Part shown: positions 36,401 to 47,600 of the stretch, piece by piece
Layout: each line of letters begins with the position of its first letter
Numbering within the stretch: the stretch's first letter is position 1
NCBI RefSeq assembly: GCF_000485595.1
Contig: NW_014577074.1
Coordinates: forward strand, 619,110-683,109
Length of the DNA stretch: 64,000 bases
DNA from: Priapulus caudatus
Taxonomy: Eukaryota
Direction: 5' to 3'
Notes under the pieces: generated by a model
What the model was told of the DNA's origin: nothing
The model's database searches: none
What the model saw: only the letters and a program-made list of their open reading frames with translations
Made by a program: the position numbers and the translations under genes

Positions 36401-39400
36401 TACGACTGGAATAATGTCTGACAACTCCCCTTCAAAGACACTGAAATTGCAAGATGGTGTTGTAGGTATGTATAGTTCCTAGCCAAACTAATCAACTTGT
36501 CAGGCTGCAAGACTAACATTAATACAACAGTACAAAGACAGGAGAACAACATAGACATAATAAACAAATGATCAGTACACGAATGAAAGTGTCAATGACA
36601 CTGTAGCTCACCACAAAAAAGGACACAAATGAGTGAGTGAGAAGAAGTCAGTTTTAATTGAGCAACCATCGACGTACATTATAGCAACGAAGAGTATATA
36701 TGGGAGAACTCCCATTATATACTCTTGATAATTATATGTGTAATTTTTTATGTGAAAATAATAAATAATATTATATATAAATAATAAATAATTTATAAAC
36801 CAAAATGAATCACAATTTGTGACGGTAGATGGCGCTATACCTGCTTTGATGTTTCTTAGCATAAATCATTATATCATAATACTAATACTATTATAATAAT
36901 AGTATAAATCATAATATGTTCATAGCAGGAATTTTGCATTAAAGATATTGTCAATGAAATCTTGTAAAACGAACCAGACGAGTGTGACACCACAGACTTT
37001 TTGTTATCTGCGTGTCTATATAATATGCTATATAAGTGCCAAACCCTACCTAATTTGCATAATTTTTTTTAAATATCAAAACCCCTATCCCTTATTCATT
37101 CACATACCAAAAATGAGCAAAATCCGTTGAACCTGAACTGACTAATGGCAATTCCCATTTTTGGCAAAAAATTGGGGACGATGTCAAGGTGAGCTAAATG
37201 AAAGTGTCAATGACACTGTAGCTCACCACAAAAAAGGACACAAATGAGTGAGAAAGAAGAAGTCAGTTTTAATTGAGCAACCATCGACGTACATTATAGA
37301 AACGATTGCCATCTGTATATCGCAATAATAATTTATAAACCAAAATGAATCACAATTTGTGACTGTAGATGGCGCTATACCCGCTTTGTAGCGATGGCGT
37401 TTGAAACAAATAGGTTATGCTGCGTTCCGACATGTTTTATAAATCTTTACTCTAATATAGACGTTTTATTGGCAGGGTGGAGAGGAAATACCAATTTTGC
37501 ATTAAAGATATTGTCAATTAAATCTTGTAAAACGAACCAGACGAGTGTGACACCACAGACTGTTTGTGCCTATATAATATGCTATATAATTGCCAAACCC
37601 TACCTACTTTGCATAATTTTTTTTAAATATCAAAACCCCTAGCCCTTATTCATTCACATACCAAAAATGAGCAAAATCCGTTGAACCTGAACTGACTAAT
37701 GGCAATTCGCATTTTTGCCAAAAAATTGCCGTGGCTCGAAAGTACGTCGACTGGCGTGCTTCAAAAAAGGACGTTTATTATGGGAGCATAGCAGTAACAA
37801 CTATACCCAATTTCAAACATGTGGGCCAAACGGTTCCTGAGTTATCGTTGACCGAAGCGAAATGTTGACGGACGGACGTACGACGGACGACGACCCATGG
37901 CAATAGCTCAGCTTGACGATGTCAAGGTGAGCTAATAAGCACATGCGTTATTGTTATTATCTTTAATTTTGAACCTCAGACTGCGGACTCCCTCTTTCTG
38001 AGTGTAGGGAGTCCGTTGGACACCCGTGTTCAGAAGTTAATTTCTACCCCTGCTAATGTCTTTTAAAATGCTTATGTACTCTACATTGTTAATAGTTCCA
38101 GGTTAATGCCATTCAATTAAACCTATACAACACACAATCTCACTGCATGGATGTCACTGTGCACAAACTCACAGAATGATCGAACAGGTGGTAAACTGTG
38201 AGTGCAAAATTCAGACAATGCTTGATTCGTTTCCAGGGTTCTTGTTAATAGCCGGTAACCGGTTATTTTTACCGGCTATCGCGCAATTTGTTACCGGCTA
38301 TCAATTTGAGAAACTCCCACTAAAGACGGTAAAATATTTAATCCATATTTGAAAAAACGAAGTTTATTTTAAATACTTCCAACCCAAAACTAACTCTGTG
38401 CACGGGCGGGTTTTTCTTTTTATAATAGATACTTAATAGCATATATTTTCCTATCTAAACTACCAAATTCTAGAACCCATACCCATCAAAATAGGCTATT
38501 TGTGGGTCAAATCAGAAATTTTTATTCCGGGGGTGCATGCCCCCGGACCCCCCTAGCAGGGCTTCGCGCCTTCGCCGCTCGCCCTACCGTCCGTGCCGGA
38601 AAAACAGTTACCTGCTATTCATTGTCAAATTACCTGCTTTGTCAAAAGTTAACAAGAACCCTGCGTTTCACACTAAATCACAAACCCGTGGTGCTGCCGC
38701 CAGTCAAGTGCAGGTACTTAAGCCCGACATAGCTGCATATTTGTGATTTTAGTTACTCTGCGTTCGATAAACAGCATAATTTGAACATAGTAATTAGTAT
38801 AAGTCGAGCATGATTAGACAGTGGCCAGTTAAAGACTGGACGTTTATGTGCCAGCTACTAAGCTAGTAGTTGTTTTTTATTGTGTCGTGAGCTACAGCTT
38901 GTCTGATCATGCTGCAGAGACACTACCGTTTCCTCGGCCAACGACAGTTAAAGTTTGGGACCCCGCAAATGTGTTTTTGCAAATGTGCTAAACTAGACTC
39001 GGGCGCCCCCTTTTCGGTTCAAGGATAGAGAACATGGGTCCCAATAAAACCAATGTAATTTACATCAATATAAATATAATATTACATCAATATAATAGGT
39101 TAGGGTTATGGTTAGGGTTAGGATTAGGGTTAGAGTTAGAGTTAGGGTTAGGATTAGGGTTAGAGTTAGAGTTAGGGTTAGGATTAGGGTTAGAGTTAGG
39201 GTTAGGATTAGGGTTAGAATTAGGGTTAGGGTTAGGTTTAGGCACATTGGTTTTATTGGGACCCATGTTCTCTATCCTTGGGCCCCGTTTTCTAGCAGCG
39301 TTTGCAGGTCGTATAACGCTGTACTGACAGTGTATCATGACATGAACAAATGGCTACAGAGGTATAGTGTGTAGTACTAGTAGTAGGACTACTGTACTAT

Positions 39401-39711
39401 TAGTAGTAGTCTAAGTAGAGTTATAACTTATGAATACGAATTATGATTGATCATGTTGATAAAGAAAGCATTTGATTTGACTTGAACTGAAGTTGATGTC
39501 GCATGTCGACAAATTTAGAAAAATGACATCCGTTCACATCATGCAGTGAAACAATATTACCGCTGTATGGAAAATAGGTTATATACATCATTACATGTCC
39601 TTACCTATAGAAGTTTTCAGAACCTCCGATTGCAACCAAGCAGTAGGTGTTTGTGAGCTTCGCGAATACACCAACTTCATTATTGTTTTCGAACTGCACA
39701 CGAACTGCCAT
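33431..39711 (-). CDS. EIF6: Eukaryotic translation initiation factor 6, 245 aa
   Basis: Exons 39711-39605, 36440-36355, 35957-35782, 34955-34845, 34581-34516, 34120-33939, 33440-33431 (738 nt). [36 protein letters not shown]...[19 protein letters not shown]...[25 protein letters not shown]...RESLIDSMT. Confidence 0.97.
36581..37936 (-). mobile_element. Head-to-tail tandem dimer of a HINE-like element in eIF6 intron 1
   Basis: Units ~36581-37197 and 37198-37936 both start atgaaagtgtcaatgacactgtagctcacc and end gacgatgtcaaggtgagctaa. Confidence 0.7.
38234..38663. mobile_element. hAT-like MITE with 6-bp TSD
   Basis: TIRs CAGGGTTCTTGTTAA/TTAACAAGAACCCTG; TSD CGTTTC. Confidence 0.85.
39016..39284. 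mobile_element. Telomeric-repeat-bearing MITE, family A copy 1 (~140 bp of TTAGGG variants)
   Basis: ~40-bp TIRs CAAGGATAGAGAACATGGGTCCCAATAAAACCAATG; (TTAGGG/TTAGAG/TTAGGA)n 39099-39242. Confidence 0.85.
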
Positions 39712-40328
39712 GCTTTTAATCCAATCGGTTAGCTTTTAAAATGGTCTATGTTTCCAAGAAAATGAAGCAGTACGTCGAGATAATGAAATTTAACTAACGC
39801 TACAGCAACAAACTTATGTATTATGAAATTGTTGCTAAAAGTGGTGTAACTTCGTCGACAAAATAATGAACATGCGAGCAGAGCGAGTTTACGTTTCAGC
39901 GCTAGCGCCATCTCTCGCTAATAATGTTAGTTATTATTTATTTCGAATTTTATTTTATAATTTTTTATTTGCACCGTCATTTGTTCAGCGGTATTAGCAC
40001 AAGACGACGTAAATACCATAAGTACTTTGCACATGAAAAACCAGAAATATGCTAATAATGTAACATGTAGACAGACTGTTCTGGTGTGATTAGCGTACCA
40101 AGGGGGTTGACAACTTCACACTGTTCTAAGATGCTATGAAACTTAAAATGAGCAACTTTGTTGAGACGTTGTAAAATGGAACGTTGGATTTAAACTCCGC
40201 TTGCACAAAAATTGCTCTGTGTCTGCAAGCATGTGACTTTATGCGAACGTGTGCATGTCCGTGCGTGCGTGAAAAATGCTATCATTATCTAGCTACATCT
40301 ATCATAGATGATAGATCGATCGAGTCGC

Positions 40329-42241
40329 CAGTGTTGTAGTCGAGTCCGCACCCCCCGAGTCCGAGTCCGAGTCCGAGTCCGCACCCCCCGAGTCCAAGTC
40401 CGAGTCCGAGTCCGCGTCACCCAAGTCCGAGTCCGAGTCCACACCACCCGAGTCCGAGTCCGAGTCCTGTTTTGATTAAAAAAAAAAAGAGGGAAAAATC
40501 GGAAAAATTTGATTTAAAAAAAAAGAGGGAAAAATCGGAAAAAGGAAAAAATCGGGAAAAAAGAGAAAAAATCGGAAAAAAAGAAAAAAAGGGAAAAGAT
40601 CGCAACAGTGCATCGTAGACATTCGAAAGTGTATAGCGATGTTTCACGTGACGTCATAGATCAGGTCACGTGTATTTGTTATGTGTTGTGGTTGGCAGAA
40701 GCGAAGCGTGCTGCTTGACATTTACAGATGAATGACCACATGTTGTGATAGAAAGCGCTGTTTATGTAGTGCACGTACACGTGCGTGACGCACACACGCA
40801 CGCATGCACGCACGTGTACGTGCACACGCACGCACGCAGGGCGTGCATGCGTGGGAACTTACACGTGCGTGCGTGCGTGCGTGCGTGAGCACGTACACGT
40901 GCGTGCGTGTGCACGTACACGTGCGTGCATGCGTGCGTGAGTGCGTGGGCACGTACACGTGCGTGCATGCGTGCGTGCGTGTGCACGTACACGTGCGTGC
41001 ATGAGTGTGTGCGCGCGCTGGCCGGTACACGTTTCGTGGCGTGCGTTGTCGCGTAGGTGCAGGTACACGTGTGTTCATGTGTGCGTGCCGTGCGTACGTA
41101 CGTGGTGTGCGGTACAGCGTGCGGCGCGTGCGTGCGTGGCACTTACACGTGCCGCCGCAGCGTGTGCACGCTACACGTGCCGTGCATCGCGGCGTCGGTG
41201 CACGTACACTTGCGTCGCACTGAGTTGTGCGGCGTACACTAAAGCACGGTACGCGTGCGTGCGTCGTGCGTGCGTGCGTGCGTGCGGCGTGCGTGTGAAC
41301 TTACACTAGCTGCGTTGTCGTCGTCGTCCGTGTGGGCAACGTACACGTGCATGCGTGCGACATGCGTGTGCAGCGTACACCGTTCGTCGCGTGCGTGCGC
41401 TGCATGCCGTGGCGTGCGTGTGCAGGGTACACGTGTAGTGCATGTGGCGTGCGTGCGTACGCTGCGTGGTGTGCGCGTAACACCCCTGAACCGCGGTACG
41501 TGCGTGCGTGTGGCGCATTCCTGACACCGTGCGTGCGTGCGTGTAAGGCGTGCGTGGTGCGTGCGTGTATGCGTGCGTGTGGTGTGTGCGTGCGTACGCG
41601 CGTGGTGCGACGTTATGACGGCCGTGCGTGCGCCGGGTGCATGCGAAGCTGTGCGTGCGTGGCACGACACGTGAGTGCATACGAGGTGTTGGCGTGCGTG
41701 ACGTGTGCTGTAGCTCGAAGCATATCCGCATCTGTCTTGCTGCAACTGCGCACGAAAACTACAGAAGACACGAAGCTCATACGAAACGTGTCAAAAAGTA
41801 ACGGACCATTTCTGTTTGATAGCGCGCAATGACATCGCCTTGTTGATACCAAATTAGAGAGCTGCAGTACCTTCGAAGTGGTAGAAGAAGAAAAGAAGTG
41901 GTAGGAAAAGCGCAAAGGGACGAAGTGACAGCAGATTCAAACCAAAGGAACAAGCATCTTAATCGAGCCATTGAAAAAGTTACAAGATTAGGCCGTGTAT
42001 CTAGAAAACCTAAAAGTTTTAGTTTTAAATTCTTGTAAACTGCGTCGTGTTACAATATGTACAGTTGTGTACTATGTATGTAGTGGCCTCGAGCCGGCCT
42101 CGACCCGAGTCCTCGAGTCCGGAGGGCTCGAGTCCGAGTCCGAGTCCGAGTCCGAGTCATTGCACTCCGAGGCCAAGACCGAGACCGAGCCCAAGGAAAA
42201 CGGTCTCGAGGCCAAGACCGGCCTCGAGACCTACAACACTG
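40329..42241. mobile_element. Non-autonomous hAT-like element with (CCGAGT)n subterminal arrays and a ~950-bp GCGT/ACGT low-complexity core
   Basis: TIRs CAGTGTTGTAG/CTACAACACTG; GAGTCC arrays at 40340-40466 and 42105-42160; no clean TSD seen. Confidence 0.7.
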
Positions 42242-42412
42242 AGATCGACGTTAGATTTGTTCCATTTCCGTTTCTGCAAATTGTATCTATTACGTTACAA
42301 CTGTTGTAAAACATTTTTTCAAAACTAAAACCATGAAAATAAATATAGTCGCTTTTTGACACACCAATTACCAATTTCAAAGGAACTTCGGTGGATTGTC
42401 TGTAATCACTTA

Positions 42413-42863
42413 CCGTCAGCTGGGGCTACTTTGAACACTTTCCAGATAGTTTAAAAAAAATCATTGCACATGGTATAATGAAATCGTTGAATAGTGAGCT
42501 ATATTGGGGCTATACCTGAATCAAAAGAATGGTTGTATAAATTATCAGATTGGTTAAAGTGATGTGATAATTTTTTTTTGATTTTTATCTGTTCAAAGAA
42601 ACCCCTGTGTTAGGGGCTATTTTGAACATTGTGTGTACTTCTGTGTGGTCTGTACTTGTGAAAGTTTGCAGGATGCTAATTTTTTTACAATTTCAAGTCA
42701 GCGATTTGCAATTTACTGCGGGACTCCTATTTCATGTATTAAATATTCAAATACATTGTAAAATATTTTCCAGATTGCCCATATAGCCATAATTCTCATT
42801 TCATCTTTTTTGGCCCGGGGTGTTCAATGTTGCCCCGATGTTCAAAGTAGCCCAAGCTGACGG
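42413..42863. mobile_element. Tc1/mariner (pogo/Tigger-like) MITE
   Basis: TA|CCGTCAGCTGGGGCTACTTTGAACA ... TGTTCAAAGTAGCCCAAGCTGACGG|TA. Confidence 0.85.
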
Positions 42864-43224
42864 TACCCATTTTCACCTCTACCTTACATTACTGAAAGCT
42901 GAGAACAAGAAAGGAAGCATATAATAGGTGGAAATGGGCATTAGATGGATTTGATCATTTTACTGGAATATGGGATCATCTGTTGACTGATAGTTGGTAT
43001 CAAGAGCGTATAAAGAAGGTTACCTTCTTAATACGCTCTTGTTGGTATCATTGCTTGATGTTATACCTTATTTATATGTTATGATTGAGAATATTAATGT
43101 ATCCAACACAGAATTATTGAAGACGGAATGAATTTAAATTTATAATAAAATAATAATTTTAAAATGGAAATTAAAAAGATTTTGAGATAAAAATATATTG
43201 ACGATAAAAAGATCAAAGGGAATT

Positions 43225-43875
43225 AACAAGTACCGCAGTGCGACAGGGCTCATCTGGTGTCTGGTGTTCTGCTGATAAATTCATTTGTGCATAGCAAGAC
43301 GTCTTATACATAAGTCTTCTTTATTCTTGTTTGACTTTCGTAGCCAATTGGAACAAATATATCAGCTATACTTTCGCACCCACCTAATCTCTATGCATTG
43401 CAGACACATGTGCATTGCAGGTTGGCAGGCAACAATTATGATTAGAAGCGTGCCAGCCATGGGCTGCCCCGTGTTTTTGCCTACCCACACAAGCATTCAC
43501 TGATCTAAAATCTGCCCTCTGCCCCAATGACCTTTGACCTCCAATTTCGGCACAGTGATGGCTTTTCCTACCATGATGCTATACACCGACTATCACGAGC
43601 CTAGGTCGAGCCGTTTAGATTTGTGCCGCAATTCTGCATTTCCTCCCTATACCTTAAGTTAAGGAGGGAATGTTCCCCCTTCTTTTACACCTCTTGACCT
43701 TTGACCCACAGCTTTGACATCCCAACTCGTTTTCGGATTACCCCCCCACGTCCCAAATATCGTGACCGTACGTCGACCGGTTAAGATTTGTGCCCAACTG
43801 TTGACGGACGCACGCACGAACGGACGGACGCTCATGCGATTCTACAAGCTGCATCTGACTATGTCAGATGAGCTA
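43225..43875 (-). mobile_element. HINE-like family 2 copy (reverse orientation)
   Basis: Reverse complement of the 25507/31147 termini and body. Confidence 0.7.
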
Positions 43876-44637
43876 AAAATAAAGAAAATCTAATGGAAAT
43901 ATCCATTGGCATCTGGGCTACCATAATATAATAGGTATTGCACTTGTAATTTTGAATGTGATTTTTTATTCACCACAGATTGAAATTCTATACATTTATC
44001 TTTTTTATAAAACTGATAAGTTTCATTCCACTAACAGATAATGTGTGTGCTTTGTATTTTGCAATACAGTCAATGATTTTTGGATTTTGCATATTCATTA
44101 TGACAGCTACATATATATTTCAGTAATACAATCGAGTACTGGAAAATCCTGGGACAACTCATTCATGGTGACACTCAATAAAAGAAACCCTATAAAAAAC
44201 ATCGTATAACTATAGCATGAAACGGCAATATCAATGTACATACGCTTCTTCATTAACACTGAAGCCTTCTTGATTTGGTTACTGCTTACACCTTTAGCTG
44301 ATTTTGGTTAAAATAGTGTTGGTAAACATGTTCACAGGATGGGATGCTACTGCAGGTTTTGTCACATGGGACTGCACCCCAATGCCTTTCAAATACAGCC
44401 ACAAGGAAAGCTTTTCTCAAACCATGGCTAATAGTTCCTAACTCCTAACTGCAACACAGCCCCTGATAGCTGTTCTGTGCTGCGATGTCCGGTGCACAAA
44501 CATGGCATAAATAGCTGGATGCCAATAGTTAACGGAGACACAACAACACCGAACTCATGGCCATGCCATCTCACTGTCTTCTGTTTGAAGCCACCACACT
44601 GTCTATTTATACACGTTCAACATCAGAAACAACAGCC

Positions 44638-47600
44638 TCATGGCTGCTGCTTCTTTCGCTTTTTCAGCGATGGTTTCTCGAATGATTGCTTCATGCCACC
44701 TGCGTGGGCAGCCTGGAACTTCAGGTTTTGCGTCGTGTCTGCTGTCCACGGCGCATCAAACTGAGTCGTATCCTGGTCGACCAAATGCGTGTACTTAGTA
44801 CGTCCAGAACGACCGAAGTTCTTCACCTGAAAGATAATAGATTGTGGCAGGGAAAAATACTCAGGTGTCAAATTACAGCAATTTAATAATAAAAACCTAC
44901 CTAAATCCAAGTAGGGCAACAACAACAGCAATGTTTTATTAATAATATTTAGAGGGGCGTCCTCAATTATCAAAATTATCGCACGTTTACTGACATCATA
45001 GTTTATCATTCCCATCCTCTTAACATGTACACAATAAAATCTTGATTTTTCAGATTTAGTCAGAAGGTACGAATTGTCCCCGTTTCCCCAACAGATGGTT
45101 TGTGCTTATACAAGCAGTAATGTGGGGCATTAGATCAACATATTAGGAGCACATAAACGCAGACATGTGGTTAAAAAGTCTCAATCTTAAGAAAGTTTAG
45201 CAATATAGTAAACCAACAAACAGCACCATACCTGCATAACCTTTGGCAAAATCGTTTTGTCAAAGTGATCCTCAAGTGTTGCCGATGAGAAATCTTGCTT
45301 AAGAACAGTATCTTCTTCATCCTAAATATATGATAAAAAGTTCAAAATGACGTGTATTGTAGAAACAGCCAATCGCCGTCTGAAATTCACAGACAGAATT
45401 AAAACTGTACCTTCACATTATCTTGTCATTTAAAAACACCTGACTGTAATGAGCTACTATTATACTATATGCATAACGTTTCAAGGTACATAGTTCTGGA
45501 CAGATGATAAAAGAAAGTGCTTGTCACAAGAAAATAGTGTTTATTAAAAGCTATTGATTACACGTTTTTGATACATGTTTATCGTACTTACCAAATAAAA
45601 AGCACCTCGGTGAAAGTACTTTTGTAAAAACTTGTATTTTCCTTTTGTTGCCTTGTTGGTGACAACTTTTGGGTTCATTCTTAATTCTGCTCTACGCTCT
45701 TCCTCTGTCATATTGTGGTAACGTTCGACTTCCAATTTTTCACGCTCATTTCTATAATATAAGACAGTCGGGTTTTCATTATTTAATGCAATACTCTCAA
45801 TTCCACCAGTCTTTCCTTTGGGTAATCTCTGTTGGGCCAGAAGAAAAGGCAAAATAAAAATTCAAAGAGATAAACCAAAAAGGGTAAAAAAGAAATCATG
45901 CCATAATGGCATGTGCAAACTTTTGCTCTCTGGCCACACAAAACACAGACTAATTTTCAAATGACTCTATCTATTAGTAATGACCAAAATCTAATGACTG
46001 CAAACAAATGCAAACTACCCTCTAGGCAAAAAGTACTTTATAGTTTGATTACTGCCATGCCACGCTAAGAAAGAATTGATACGCACGCTTCACGTTCATC
46101 CTTGTCACGCTTAATCCTCTTTAGCTCACGCACTTTCCAGGCTTCATACTCGGCTTCATCATTCTCATCATCGGTGTTGACGAGAGCTACAGCACTCTTC
46201 AAGTCCTTCTCTGCCATCAGCTCTTTCCTGGCTTCATCTTCCACGATCTAACCAAAACAGAAATGGATGAAATACATAAATATTCTGCGACCTAACAAAG
46301 ACAGAAATAGATGAAAATTTGCTCGAGTTCTGTAATCTAACTAAGACATAAACAAGTGAAAGTTAATTAATCTTTTATGATGTAATTAATAGAGCAATGG
46401 ATAATAATTCATTGATCTTACATGATGTAAGCTATACAGAGATGAATTATAATACTATAATAACTAGAAAGGGCAGTTGTCGCCAACTACATGTATCCCC
46501 CGTGTTCTCCCCAAGATGTGTAAGTATACAAAGTTTGGTCACGCTAGGTCAATTAGGGGCCAAGTTATAGAGTGGAAGGGAAATATGATGAAGGTCAAGG
46601 TAAAGGTCTAATAAAGGTCGCAGTGACCAGGTTTTGGGACGCTGCTCACCTTCTCCCCAAGATGTGTAAGTATACCAAGTTTGGTAGCGCTAGGTCAATT
46701 AGGGGCCGAGTTAGAGCGGAAGGGAAATATGATAAAGGTCAAGGTAAAGGTTAAATAAAGGTCACAGTGACCTGGTTTTGGTACGCTGCTCACCTTCTCC
46801 CCAAGATGTGTAAGTATACCAAGTTTGGTAGCGCTAGGTCAATTAGGGGCCAAGTTATAGAGTGGAAGGGAAATATGATGAAGGTCAAGGTAAAGGTCTA
46901 ATAAAGGTCGCAGTGACCTGGTTTTGGTACTCTGCACACCTTCTCCCCAAGATGTGTAAGTATACCAAGTTTGATCACGCTAGGTCAATTAGGGGTCAAG
47001 TTATAGAGCGGAAGGGAAATTCTCTGCGGCGGACCGAGCGGCGGTGGCTGGGGAGACATGAAACCATAGTATCCCCGCCGACTTCGTCGCGGAGGATACA
47101 ATAACTAGAAATATACGGTGATTGAATTTACCTCAGTATAAATAAATGATTCCCACCTCAAGATAATGTATTTCGGTGTAATTCTCAGAGATAGCATTTA
47201 ATATATAAACTAGAGCACTCAGAGAGCACAGACCTCCGCCAAGGCAGCTGAATTATCTCAATGTGAAATTTTTTATTAATTAATTAATTAATTAAGTGGA
47301 GCGTGCAGGTGGGGGAGGACTGTGGTTGCCCCTTAGCCTGTGGTTGCGTGTTTGTAAGTCTACAGCCAGCGCACCTAGCAGAAGTGAACTGAAACGTGCA
47401 TGTTCACAAACCCACAAACACACAAACCAACACTTAAACACACGCCGGTGAAAACATAACCCCCGCCAAGCCCCTGGCGGAGGTAATAAATCACAGAAAC
47501 ATATTGTAAACTTGTGAGTTTCACATCAATTCTCAAATAATGGCAGGTACTGTGTGGGTGTACGTAGGTGTATGAGTGGGCATGTGTGTGAATACTGCTA

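Noticed and set aside
39034..39374. ORFs with LGLG/PNPN/VRVR repeats, or a true telomere/fusion site
   Set aside because: Telomeric hexamers inside a TIR element within an eIF6 intron; not coding and not a chromosome end.
40722..41915. Many overlapping 60-170 aa ORFs rich in ARTHAR/CVRAC
   Set aside because: Translations of a stop-poor GCGT low-complexity tract on both strands; no protein signature.
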